A stretch of DNA of 64,000 bases, from positions 434,001 to 498,000 of the forward strand of contig NW_025765969.1 in the NCBI RefSeq assembly GCF_003918875.1, read 5' to 3'. The notes under the pieces were generated by a model. That model was not told where the DNA came from. It searched no databases and was given only the letters and a program-made list of their open reading frames with translations. Source of the stretch: Haliotis rubra. Its lineage: Eukaryota. The translations under genes and the position numbers were made by a program. Shown here in pieces: positions 40,144-53,024 of the stretch; position 1 is the first letter of the stretch; each line of letters opens with the position of its first letter.

Positions 40144-40517
40144 GAGTATTTCACGCTGTCAGTGTAGAATTCTTAGTAAGTAGGCCTGTTACAATTCACT
40201 TGGATATTCAGTGAATCAAACCATATCCCTTCATCAATTCATTTCACTATTTGTAATGACTAGAAATGAATAGTCATTAATTTTTTAAAAAGCTGTGTTT
40301 TTAGTTGAATATATTCAAGCCAGGCATAATCATAATAGTCAGCATTCTTGTATGATTGATGTGGCAGTAATGAGGTCGCTGGTCATGGTAGATTAACACG
40401 GCTAACCTGTCAAACATATATTTGGTTGTATCCCTGGATGTAATGCATAATACATCAACTGATGTTTTGTGACTGTAGTTGTTACCAAATGTCTGTGATA
40501 TGATACATTGCAGCCCT

Positions 40518-40890
40518 AGTGAGCGAGTTTACATTTACTCTGCTTTTAGCAACATTCCAGCAATATCACAGCGGGGGGCACCAGAAATGGGTTTCACACA
40601 TAGTACCCATGTTGGGATTCGAACCCGGGTCTTCGGCGTGACGAGCCAACGCTTTAACCACTAGGCTACCCCACAGCCCCTGCAGTCTTAATAATCAGAC
40701 ACTGGTATTGCAGACATGTGCATGACATGTTCATCATCTCATTCGTGAGTGTTTGACCCTGCTTTTAGCAATATTCCAGCTACATCACGGCGGTGGACAC
40801 CAGAAATGGGCTTCACACATTGTACCAATGTGGGGAAAAGAACCCAGGTCTTTGGCATGATGAGCAAATGCTTTGACCACTAGGCTACCT
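40518..40890 (-). mobile_element. Two adjacent SINE family A copies
   Basis: Reverse copies at ~40518-40680 and ~40745-40890. Confidence 0.8.
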
Positions 40891-40985
40891 CTGTACGACA
40901 CAGAGAAGGTTGCTAGCCTTTGAGGATGTACACATTGTTTCAAGCGATTAACACTTGAGCCATGTGTAAGTTGTTATTACAACAG

Positions 40986-42260
40986 GAGCCAATCAACAGC
41001 TGGCCATGTTTTCATGCAGAGCCAATCAACAGTTTACAATGTTTTCCTTGTGAGCCAATCAACAGCTTACAAGGTTTTCCTTCTGAGCCAATCAACAGTT
41101 TACAATGATTTCCTTGTGAGCCAATCAACAGTTTACAATGTTTTCCTTGTGAGCCATCAACAGCTGGCCATGTTTTCATGCAGAGCCAATCAACAGTTTA
41201 TAATGTTTTCCTTGTGAGCCAATCAACAGTTTACAACGTTTTCCTTGTGAGCCATCAACAGCTGGCCATGTTTTCATGCAGAGCCAATCAACAGTTTACA
41301 ATGTTTTCCTTGTGAGCCAATCAACAGCTTGCCATGTTTTCATGCAGAGCCAATCAACAGTTTACAATGTTTTCCTTGTGAGCCAATCAACAGTTTACAA
41401 CAGTTTACTGTTTTCCTTGTGAGCCAATCAACAGTTTACAACGTTTTCCTTGTGAGCCAATCAACAGTTTACGATGTTTTCCTTGTGAGCCAATCAACAG
41501 TTTACAATGTTTTCCTTGTGAGCCAATCAACAGCTGGCCATGTTTTCATGCAGAGCCAATCAACAGTTTACAACGTTTTCCTTGTGAGCCAATCAACAGT
41601 TTACAACGTTTTTCCTTGTGACAGCTTGTGAGCCATCAACAGCTGGCCATGTTTTCATGCAGAGCCAATCAACAGTTTACAATGTTTTCCTTGTGAGCCA
41701 ATCAACAGTTTACAACGTTTTCCTTGTGAGCCAATCAACAGCTGGCCATGTTTTCATGCAGAGCCAATCAACAGTTTACAATGTTTTCCTTTAGTGAGCC
41801 AATCAACAGCTTGCCATGTTTTCATGCAGAGCCAATCAACAGCTTACAAGGTTTTCCTTGTGAGCCAATCAAGTTTTTCCTAGAGCCAATCAACAGCTTG
41901 CCATGTTTTCATGCAGAGCCAATCAACAGTTTACAATGTTTTCCTTGTGAGCCAATCAACAGTTTACAACGTTTTCCTTGTGAGCCAATCAACAGCTGGC
42001 CATGTTTTCATGCAGAGCCAATCAACAGTTTACAATGTTTTCCTTGTGAGCCAATCAACAGCTTGCCATGTTTTCATGCAGAGCCAATCAACAGTTTACA
42101 ATGTTTTCCTTGTGAGCCAATCAACAGCTGGCCATGTTTTCATGCAGAGCCAATCAACAGTTTACAATGTTTTCCTTGTGAGCCAATCAACAGCTGGCCA
42201 TGTTTTCATGCAGAGCCAATCAACAGTTTACAATGTTTTCATGCAAAGCCAATCAACAGG
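40986..42260. repeat. 33-bp minisatellite with two interspersed unit types, each with a CCAAT motif
   Basis: GAGCCAATCAACAGTTTACAATGTTTTCCTTGT and GAGCCAATCAACAGCTGGCCATGTTTTCATGCA, ~38 units. Confidence 0.92.
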
Positions 42261-42716
42261 TGGCAGCTGCTCATAGTTGATTGGTTGCTGAGAATCCATG
42301 AGGTGTTTTCTACATCCTTAAAGTTCAATACATGAAACATCTCCTGACCTTGAACATGTACTTTAGGCAACACTTGTTTCCTGTTCAACCAACTGAATGA
42401 AAAGACACCATCAGGAAATGAAAAATAAATTAAATTTCAGTTTCATTTGCCTGGCCATCAAACAACAATGATCCACCACATTGTAAGTAGGTTATGTAAG
42501 ATATGGTAAACAGCATTAGCTTCTCAGCAATAAAAAAACAGACCCAAACAACTTTAAGCCAAATATAACTAAAATACATGCATTTATTCTGATCAATATT
42601 CTCATTGGTTGGCAAAAATTCAAAACAAAATACATGTACCAAAAATGTGTGGTCTTGAGCCATGCCTAGCAAGGACATGTCATGGGGAATAAATGAGTGA
42701 GTGAGTGAGTTTAATT

Positions 42717-43625
42717 TAGTTTCTAAGATGCCTAGCGGTTAGAACAATCGAAAAATAAATACATTATGAGACAATAAAGGTATAGTTTTTTGATGACGTA
42801 ACAATTGAATGACGTTTTCCCGTCACTGCGCCATTCTAGTGTGCCCCCTCGTAATCGAATTATTTTACATTACGTCACAATGTAAGTGACGTCACGATGC
42901 ATGTCAGTTGTCATCGCCTCGTACAGTAAACTACTCCGTTGCATCCCGTTTCTTGGTTTGCAGTTGCTTCACGCAGCTAACATCACTGGTGGAAACATTA
43001 CGTTTATGTTTTACGACGGTTAAAATGTGTCAATTCGACTCACAAGTTTTCAGCGACACGGTTACGCTCGCAATGTTTACATTCCCACAATGCAATCGTG
43101 GAATGTCGCTTTGACTACTCAGCTTCATCTGATGTACTGATCTAAACTTACGCTGGTAGTAGAAATGCGACGCTCATATTGCCCCATATGGTTTACGCTT
43201 AATGACAGATGTAATTAAAATAATTCAGAGAAGATATTTAATCCCAACGTAAACCGGCCATCAAACTGTTATCATTTGTTTTTTCTGGTAACGCTCGCCT
43301 TAACGTAGGGGCAGCCACATCAATAGAACAGCGCACCAGTTAGCCCTGTGCGCAGGATTCTTAATTTAGGTCACCGACAATCGCCATTTGTTTTCTGCCT
43401 TAAATTAATTGTAATTATCCTTAGAAAGTATTAAATTTAGCATCTTAGAAAGATAAAGTTTATCTTTGTTTCAATAGCTTAATAGTATTAGTATAGTTTT
43501 GCCCTGAACTATTATAATATCAAAGCACTCGGACTACCGTCCTCGTGCTTTAATTATAATAGTTCAGGGCAAAACTATACTTTATTACAAAACACATTGG
43601 GGTAGAGCGAACTTTATTTCCTAAT
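42717..43625. mobile_element. Unclassified non-autonomous DNA element inserted in a SINE tail
   Basis: Splits the (GAGT)n-TTTAGTTTTACGC SINE tail; imperfect inverted TTTCTAAGATGC / GCATCTTAGAAA; strong hairpin at 43490-43581. Confidence 0.55.
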
Positions 43626-43852
43626 TAGTTTTACGCAGCACTAAGCATTATTCTAGCTATATGGCTGTGATCTGTAAATAATCAAGTCTGGACAAGACAA
43701 TCCAGTGATCAACAGCATGAACATCAATCTATGCAATTGGGATACGATGACATGTGTCAACCAGGTCAGACAGCCTGACCACCCGATCCCGTTAGTCGCC
43801 TCTTACAAGCATGGTTTAGTGAAGACCAATTCTAACCCGGATCCTCAAGGGT
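43625..43852 (-). mobile_element. SINE family B
   Basis: Reverse copy; its (GAGT)n tail is displaced to ~42695-42716 by an insertion. Confidence 0.75.
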
Positions 43853-44542
43853 GGGAATAAGTGACGGACAAGTATTGACACATACAGCTTTTATTAATAA
43901 ACTGAATCCTTTTCTACACAGTGGGTCAAAGATGCAGCTTCTGCCATGTATAAAAATACAAAAACAAAATGAACTGAAACATCTGTGAACACATTTGATG
44001 AACTTCTGGCATAATGGTGTCAGTCTCTTATAATCATTACAATGACACATACATCCTTTTCAACAATGAATCTATTATGATGATTCTCAACAAAGAAACT
44101 ATTATGATGATTCTAAACAATGGAACTCTAATGTTGATGTCATTCTATTGTTGTTGAGAATTTCCTGATTGTGCAATTTGTGCATGCAAAACTATTCCTT
44201 TTAGTTTATTATGCAATTTTTACAGAAAAATAAAGAACTGTTACTATTCATTTGCATATTTGGTAAATCAAACCATATCCATACATGAATTCAATTCGTT
44301 ATTAGTGGTCACCAGAATAAAATAATCATGATTTTTATGAGATACACAAAATGGAATTTATGTAAACCAGGCAAGATAATAACCAACAGTCTTATATTTT
44401 CAATTTGACAGTAATGTGACCACACTGGCTTATGAAATTAACCCTCTCTTCATGGTCAAACCATGTCAAATATTTACCTTGCTATTGTTTCACTCACATA
44501 TTAAATAATACATCTACTGCTGACATGTTACTGTATTCATTA

Positions 44543-44874
44543 GGGACCGTTCATAATTTATGGCTGGGGGGGTGATGATGATTTTTATTGAGAAGCATGT
44601 GAAATGTGAATGCCCCCCCCCAAAAAAAAAAAAAAATTATGTACAAAATAAGTGACCCCCCATGCATGTCATGTACAATATCAATGCCCCCCACCCCCCA
44701 TAATTTCTAAGCATAATTTTAAACATATTTTATGTAAAAATTGCTGACCCCTTAGAACGCCAAGTGTGTAAAAATTGCTGACCCCCAGCTCCCTAGAACA
44801 AAATGGGTGACCCCCCCTTAAAATCATCATCATATCACACACGCACGCACCAGCCATAAATTATGAACGGTCCC
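44543..44874. mobile_element. PIF/Harbinger-like MITE
   Basis: TIR GGGACCGTTCATAATTTATGGCTGG at both ends; TTA TSD. Confidence 0.75.
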
Positions 44875-45561
44875 TTACATAATATTTGTATTTGTTACCA
44901 ATATTCGCGATATGTATCATGTTTGCCTCAAAGTAGATTCATGCAGCCATGGTAACGACACATAATAAAAACAAGTAAGCAACTTAAAGTTTAAATACAT
45001 GAAAAAGACATTAACAGTAAATATTTACCTGCATGACAAAGTATAAGTGTGTGACAAAATGACCTTGTTCAATTTGATCATCTGATGCCTAAATACACAG
45101 AACAATCTATTTCTGAAGCCATTTTGTCAAATAACACAAAAAAGCTGACCACGCATTTTCAGAGTATTTCAGTACAAAGCAATCATAACATGGTTTCATT
45201 AAAAGAATTTGTTCATATTTATTAATTTACCAAGATTTGTCCATAACATAGCTGTATCTAACATAACATACCTGAATAACACAAAACTCACAAATCTGAA
45301 CGTAATTAGTTCAAATTAACTCACAGTTACATGATTTGGACTTGATAGCAGTTGCAGTGAATATGGTTTTACACAGCTTTTGGCAATATTCCAGCAATAT
45401 CACAGTGGGTGACCCCAGAAATGGGCTTCACACAGAACCAATGTGAGGAATCGAAACCGGTCTTCAGCGTGATGACTGAACACATTAACCACAAGGCAGG
45501 TGAAAGACAGGGTAGCAACCAGCATCCCTTTTGTATAATGTTCTATTCACTAGAAGTTACA

Positions 45562-45838
45562 GTGAGTGAGTGAGTGCGAGAGTGAGTGCGAGAGTGAGTG
45601 AGTGAGTTTAGTTTTACGCCGCACTCAGCAATATTCCAGCTATATGTCTGCGGTCTGTAAATAACCGAGTCTGGACCAGACAATCCAGGAATCAACAGCA
45701 TGAACATCGATCTATGCAATTGGGAACCTATGACATGTGTCAACCAAGTCAGCGAGCCTGACCACCCTATCCTGTTAGTTGCCTCTTACGACAAGCATGG
45801 GTTACTGAAGGTCAATTCTAACCCAGATCTTCACAGGT
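45562..45838 (-). mobile_element. SINE family B
   Basis: Full-length reverse copy with expanded (GAGT)n tail. Confidence 0.8.
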
Positions 45839-46027
45839 TCTGTGAGTTGCAGTGTGCCAGATAACAGTCATTAAGAATTTACTCACATTATAATTCCCGT
45901 TTGACACTGATATTCCTTGGGAATTCAATATATTCTTACTCCCCTGGGACAATACTATTTCATACTTTTGTGAGGAGCAAAGTTAAAAACTATACTTCTG
46001 CTTAATATGATGGTTCAAGTGATTGTA

Positions 46028-46192
46028 GGGGTGTTGGGGTAGCCTAGTGGTTAAAGACCTCTCTCGTCACGCTGAAGACCCGGGTTCGATTCCCCACATG
46101 GGTACAAGGTGTGAAGCCCATTTCTGGTGTTACCCACTGTGATATTGCTGGAATATTGCTAAAAGCGGCATACAACTAAATTCACTTACTCA
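46028..46192 (+). mobile_element. SINE family A
   Basis: Full-length copy; TSD TCAAGTGAT. Confidence 0.85.
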
Positions 46193-47264
46193 AGTGATCT
46201 GTGGAACTAGGAGACAAACAACCTCTCAATGAAAACTTGACATTATTACACAGGTTTTCACAGATTTTCTGCATGTGTGATGCAATAATTTCCTGAAATA
46301 CCCACAAAAGTATTTCTTTGTACAACTTTAAACTGATGCGATAAATTAGCTTTAAGGAAACATTAATTCATACTGAGTAATTACCGTAGCTTATTCAAAA
46401 TACTGTCTGCTACTCAACTAGTTGTATAAATGACAAAAATCTTAAACATTCCAAAATTAAATGAGACTGCAATAAAGGTTTAAATGTCAGACCTGTACAA
46501 TCTACTTTGTCTTTAGCAGATGTTACTTACTGGTGAGGAAAGGGTTTAGTTGCTTTTGTTTTAAGATTATATTTTTTGTGTATTTGTAGACAGTTGTCCA
46601 AATGCATAACTTGAATGAGTGCAAACCAGCCTATCAGCTGCTAGTATTTATGTCCAATGCTTACTAGCATTATAGTGTATTAGGCAGACAACAAAGGCTC
46701 AATCGGTCCAAAAGCAGTATGAATAAATTAACATAATTAAAAAATTATTAAAAGCCATTATGACTCCAATTTTTACGTGGCCATGTTAAACTGAATCTGC
46801 ATTTGATCATGAAATGTAGATCTGTAAAGAAATGTTATCTGGCAAGCTGAAAGGCTTCATTAACACCATCTCAGTTTTATACTGAAGGGTCTTACAATGT
46901 TGATGTACTTCAATACTCAAGCAACTCAGAATTAATTTACCATTGGTTCCCTATTTTTGGCATTGTACGCAAATAAACATTATGTGGAGCTCAGTGAATC
47001 CACTGCTGAAGTCAATTCAGTCGTTAGGAACACAGCCCTCCATCGTTCAATACCACCAACCAGAACTATCCTGTACATTGTGTGGAATCGAACCCAGGTC
47101 TTCAGCGTGACGAGTGAACACCTTAACCATAAGGCCGCAATTCCTGCACCGTGACAAAGCAGCAGTTGTGTAGTAGCACCTTGGTCGAACCAATGACAGC
47201 TGGACTCTGGCATTAGCTTGTTCATCAACACTAAATAGCAGCTTGCCCGAGACAACAGCCTGGT

Positions 47265-47512
47265 AAGTGAGTGAGTGAGTTTAGTTTTACACCGCACTTT
47301 GCAATATTCCAGCTATATGGCGGCGGTCTGTAAATAATCCAGTCTGGACCAGACAATCCAGTGATCATGACAGCATGAGCATGGATCTACGCAATTGGGA
47401 GCCGATGATATGTGTCAACCAAGTCAGTGAGCCTGATCACCCGATCCCTTTAGTCGCCTCTTAACAAGCATGGGTTACTGAAGATCAATATTCTAACCCA
47501 CACCTTCACGCG
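47265..47512 (-). mobile_element. SINE family B
   Basis: Full-length reverse copy; TSD-like ACAGCCTG(G/A)TAA. Confidence 0.8.
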
Positions 47513-48078
47513 TCACAGCCTGATAACGTCCACTAACATTTTCCCTTTTTGTCCAACAAACATTATTTGCACACAATCTGTTCTGTTCCAACCTTGATAA
47601 TGTCAAACACATTATATACTTCAAGAAATATTTCAAAATGACATTATTCTGTTAAAAATGATGGTTAAATAGAAACAGAACAAATGACTAATATCCAACA
47701 ATTCCACAACAGATTTTCATGCAACACTGCTTGATTCGAGGAGCAAAAGTCCTGCTGACTCACACGGATTGGGATGTGTTTTTGTCACCTCATGTCACGC
47801 AGCAGTGGCTGCTCACTCGGCCTATTCAGGCCTGAACCGGGAGATAAAAGGTAGTTTTAACAATGCTTTCCACCCTATTTCACTAAACAAGAGATGTCGG
47901 CTGCATAGGTACGCAAGTCTGTGAAGTGAAGTATGTGTTAGGTGTTTATCACTTCAGTGAACACACAAACAAGGGTAGGATCACAGGTTACTGACACGTC
48001 AAAGGGAGGCCACTCTGCAGTGTGAGTTGCTGTACCTTACATGATTGTCACCTGTGCCCTTGGTACTGACAGCACTTC

Positions 48079-48830
48079 TTACTTGTCATTTTCTGTTTTG
48101 ACATCCTTGGATTCCGTGTCACTTAGAGCTGATGGTGAACCTGTGACATTTGGGGCCGACTGAGAATCCATTAGATGTGAAGCTGAGGAAGAAGACCCAA
48201 GATTTGAGGCTGATTGAGAACCCCCAACATTTGCCGCCAATTGGGAACCAACAAGATTTGAGGCTGATTGAGAACCCCCAACATTTGCCGCCAATTGGGA
48301 ACCAACAAGATTTGAGGCTGATTGAGAACCCCCAACATTTGCCGCTAATTGGGAACCAACAAGATTTGAGGCTGATTGAGAACCCACAACATTTGCCACC
48401 AATTGGGAACCAACAAGATTTGAAGCAGACTGAGATTCCATGAGATGAAGTGCCCACGAGGAGCAAATCTTTTTATGTCGCTGCAGTCCCCCACTGTACT
48501 GATACACCTTGCCACAAACACAGGAATGAGACACCTTGTTGTGGATGGCATGGATGTGATTCCATCGGGACCCTTTCCCAGCAAACATCTTGTCACAGTA
48601 AGGGCAAGCGTGGCTGCCTGATACGTCCACCCCAGTGCCAGCACTCAGACTAAACCCAGAAAACGGCATGGACACGGACCCAGGTTTGCTCCGTCCCCTG
48701 GAAGCATGAAGGAAACGGTCTCCTGTTAATGAAGAGATGGAGATTGGGGTGTTCAACTGCTTGCCGAATCCGTGAAGAAAATCATTCTGTGGGTGATCAA
48801 CTCCAACAAAGCCTCCATTACTAGACAGAT
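48079..48830 (-). CDS. Alternative terminal exon ZF-J: zinc-finger pair plus in-frame 18-aa repeat tail
   Basis: Acceptor CCTTTTCTTACTTTCAG|AT at 48830 (phase 1, in frame with the listed ORF, adding LSSNGGFVGVDHPQNDFLHGFGKQ); CPYCDKMFAGKGSRWNHIHAIH-NKVSHS-CVCGKVYQYSGGLQRHKKIC, then ~4x SQSASNLVGSQLAANVGG. Confidence 0.82.
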
Positions 48831-49466
48831 CTGAAAGTAAGAAAAGGATGCTCTAGTTTCGGATCACAAATCCTCTGAAAATCATAGTATATATTGAAAG
48901 ATGTTTGTGACGAGATAGTTTGGGTTGAAGATACTTTACAATAATTTGTGTTTAGTTCAATGGCAAATCCATTCTTAAAAGTATGGGTGTTTCAGAGAGT
49001 CATCTGAGAGGACAATGTATGGACCCTGTTCACCTGGAAAACCTGTTTCCCGATGATTTCTTACTGGAGACTTCACTGTGTCATGCAGGTGTTGCGACTT
49101 TACATTCAAGCATATTTTAAGCACTTTTCAGGGAGGAACATTTGCTTACAAGAATACTTCTATCATCAAAAGAATATCCGGAATGCACAATAGCACACAT
49201 GCAGGTATGTTTGGCATTAGAAAAATAGTTTTAACAATACGATCTTAACACCAATGCAAAGTAATGTAGGTAACTTTAGGTGGTGATTCTGTCAAATCTG
49301 ACTATCCATGAATACTTATGCAGGTGATTTCCCTGGGAACATTGCCATGGCAACAGTGACAGTGTTTCATTGTCTGCTTTGGTTCATCTAACTCTTGGAT
49401 CAGTTGGTGTTAAGACTGCATGTGGGTGTCTGTTTACTGGTGATAACCACACTTTCATCATTAAAG

Positions 49467-49692
49467 ACCCCATGAAGAGCTACCCATGCTTGTCATAAGA
49501 GGCGACTATCAGAATCAGGCGGTCAGGCTTGCTGACTTGGTTGACACATGTCATTGTATCCCAATTGTGTAGATCGATGCTCATGCTGTTGATTACTGGA
49601 TTGTCTGGTCCAGATTCCATTATTTGCAGACCGCCATCATATAGCTGGAAAATTTCTTCTGAGTGCGGCGAAAAAATATACCCACTCACTCA
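49467..49692 (+). mobile_element. SINE family B
   Basis: Forward copy ending CCCACTCACTCA. Confidence 0.75.
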
Positions 49693-50307
49693 TCACTAAA
49701 GCATATCTTGTACTGGGAGTTCCAAACGTTGCTGATCCCTGGGACAGGAATTCATTTTGTTGAAAAACATATGTTTAAACCTGCCTTAATATTTTCATAA
49801 AATAATGACACGTATTATAAGAAAAAAAGAAAACAAACCACCATATGTGTCACCTTTCATTAAAAACATAGCAAGTACTGTTTGTAACAGGTCATAATTT
49901 GTTGTCTCACTCAAAAGTTTCTTTTATTTGGATAATATACTCTTGGTACTTTTAGTCAACTGGTTTGCAAATATATTGCATATGCAAGTTAAATGACATG
50001 GCTATCTGGGCAGACTTACAAATGTTTATGCATAAAATACAGCAATCATTGTTTTTAAAAAAGGAAATTAATGCAGTTACAACGTAAAAAAAAAAAAAAA
50101 AATGAATAAAAATGATAATTCAGGCAACTTGTGATTGCAAAGATAACATTGGAATCGTAATACTCTGTCAGTCAAGTTCCATAGCTCATTTCTCGCTCTC
50201 AAACACAAAGAAGTCTTAACAATGGACAGGTCTCCTTATATCACAAGGCAACTTGCAATGGCAAGGATTCAAATGGAATCCTGATACTCTGAAGTTCCAA
50301 AAGTCCA

Positions 50308-50757
50308 TTTCTAGTTAACTTAACAAGCTCAAGGACTGACAACACCAGACAGGCCTTCTTATGTCGAATCAGACCCTGCTTGTAGGCATACTGCTTGCCA
50401 CACACACAGGTGAACTGTATCTAATTCTAGCTAAGCTCAAGGACTGAGCAACACCGGACAGGTCTTCTTATGTCGGATCAAACCTTGCATGTAGGCATAC
50501 TGCTTGCCACATGCACAGGTGAACTGTATCTAATTCTAGCTAAGCTCAAGGACTGAGCAACACCGGACAGGTCTTCTTATGTCGGATCAGACCCTGCTTG
50601 TAAGCATACTGCTTGCCACACACACTGGTGAACTGTATCTCTTTCCAGTTAACTTAACAAAGCTCAAGGACTGAGCAACACCAGACAGGCCTTCTTATGT
50701 CGGATCAGACCCTGCTTGTAAGCATACTGCTTGCCACACACACAGGTGAACTGTATT
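50308..50757. repeat. ~109-bp tandem repeat of the second finger and stop of exon ZF-K
   Basis: Three extra copies of IQFTCVCGKQYAYKQGLIRHKKACLVLLSP-stop DNA at ~50325, 50433 and 50542. Confidence 0.9.
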
Positions 50758-50911
50758 TTGTGGTGGACAGATGCTACATGGTTATGTCTAGCCCCGGCAC
50801 TGGAGAACTCACGGTGACACTCTGGGCACGGGTACCTGCCCAATCTGCCCCCTGGCACAACGGTCCAGGAGCTGTATTGCTCATCATTTGGGCTCCCATA
50901 ACCATGATCAC
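50664..50911 (-). CDS. Alternative terminal exon ZF-K: zinc-finger pair
   Basis: Acceptor CTTTTTGTTACTTTCAG|GT (phase 1); CPECHREFSSAGARHNHVASVH-HKIQFT-CVCGKQYAYKQGLIRHKKAC. The upstream part of the listed ORF is SINE sequence. Confidence 0.85.
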
Positions 50912-50974
50912 CTGAAAGTAACAAAAAGCCAGATCCAGTCTTTCTTGCTTTGGACTGATTTCGGTCAGTTTCAA

Positions 50975-51123
50975 TGAGTGAGTGAGTGAGTGAGTTTAGT
51001 TTTACGCCGCTTTTAGCATTATTCCACCAGAAATGGGCTTGACACATTGTACCCATGTGGGGAATAGGACCCAGGTCTTTGGCGTGACGAGCGAATGCTT
51101 TAACCACTAGTCTACCCCATCGT
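50975..51123 (-). mobile_element. SINE family A
   Basis: Reverse copy ~65 nt upstream of the ZF-K acceptor; TSD TTTCAATGA; another copy at ~51271-51425. Confidence 0.8.
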
Positions 51124-52091
51124 CCAAATTTCAATGAACAACAGCCAGATGTCTTTCTATTTCTGGTTTAGATTTTCATAGTGAAAAGTTGGGTCGGTAG
51201 ATTGAAACAAAAATTGTTTTGGATCAATGGGCGATACAAAACACATATGTTGGCCTGGTTTGGATCCTAATGACTGAGTGAGTCAGTTTAGTTGCTTTTA
51301 GCAATATTCCAGCAATATCACGGCAGGGGACACTAGAAATGAGCTTCACACATTGTATCCATGTGGGGAATCGAACCTGGTTCTTCGGCATGACGCCCGA
51401 ACACTTTAACTATTTGGCTACCCCTCTGATCCTTATGAATAGTAAATATATATAAAAGGTAACATGTGATAGCGACATTGGAAAAGTTTGTTTTCGTCAC
51501 ATAAAAATCTGTAGGTTTATGTTCTCTGGCAAAGAAATTGTTATTTTGAAATTTGAATGCATTTTTTCTGAATCTAATATTGTTACAGTCAGTGAATCGA
51601 AAACAAAACCAAAGCACAAAAAATTGAAAGGCCTAACAAAGTTTTTTGTTTTTTTCCGGTACTGATTTGTTAGTATCAATAGACTTGTTTTGGGCAAATG
51701 TTTCCAATATGTACATCGTTCTTGATTAAGTTCATTCCCTGCCCTTGTCATATAATAATCCCTAATTAAACCATCATAGCTATTTCATCATTATCCAATA
51801 TTATCTTCTTAAAAACTTCAAAAGTATCTCATCCAAGAAAATAATTAAAAAACATAAAAACTGTTACTTATATATTGAAATACATTGTTATTTTCCATGT
51901 TTGCGGACTTCATAAACTAACAAAAACAATTAAACACCTCATAAGTGAGCGAGTAATTTGGGTTTCACAATGCCTTTAGTAATAGTATCACATTATAAGC
52001 AGGAGTCTTCGTAATAACAGACGTAATCCCATGTTATGCCTCTGACGCCATACTCAGCTAGCACACTGGATTCAACTGGAAATATTTTCAG

Positions 52092-52262
52092 ACTGACTGA
52101 CTGACTGAGTTTAGTTTTACGCCGCTTTTAGCAATATTCCAGCAATATCACGTCGGGGGACACCAGATATGGGCTTAACACAGTGTGCCCATGTGGGGAA
52201 TCGAACCCGGGTCTTCGGCGTGACGAATCAACGCTTTAACCACTAGGCTACCCCACCGCCCC
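52092..52262 (-). mobile_element. SINE family A
   Basis: Full-length copy; TSD AAATAT(T/C)TTCAGA; oppositely oriented copy at ~52335-52491. Confidence 0.85.
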
Positions 52263-53024
52263 AAATATCTTCAGAAGTTTGTATATTAATTGTTATACTT
52301 CACATTATACTGTTATATCCATTCTGTATTCTGTGGGAGAGCCAAGTGGTTAAACCGTTTGCTTGTCATGCCAAAGACCTGGGTTCGAATTCCACAGAAC
52401 AATGTGCGAAGCCTATTTCTGGCGTCCCCCACCGTGATATTGCTGGAGTATTGCTTAAAGAGGCTTAAATCCACACTCACTCACTCACTCACCATCTGTA
52501 TAACCATGACTGTATAACATATACAAAACTCGAATCGCAGTAAAAGACATTTGTTTCCGTTGCCTCAAGTCAAGGAAAACAAAGACAAGAATCAGATGTG
52601 TTTATTTCTTGTATATAAATAAATATAAACTACAACCTTTCCACAACGGTAATCATCAGGAAAACAAACTGGTTTTGTGGAATGTATTTAAATGAACATG
52701 AATATAAATTACAGCTCACTGCCATGATAAAATACAAACTTCACAAAACTATTACTCATAACCCTTCAGGGTTACTATGAAACAAACTGAACTGTTATGG
52801 AAACAAGTTTTGATATTTCCAACAAACGGCCACAAAAAGAAACTGAATATCTGTTTTGACTGAATAAAGGAACATGTTTTTAGGTCAATGTTTTGATACA
52901 TGTGAAATCCCCAGACACTGAATATCAACTAAAGAAATATTTTTGGATGAGTGTCTGAATTGTGTTTAATCAAACTGATATACATTGACACTATACTCTT
53001 GAATGGTTAATTGTTCGAGTAGTG

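Noticed and set aside
41014-42335. Cys-rich repetitive ORFs
   Set aside because: Artefacts of the 33-bp minisatellite, open in several frames
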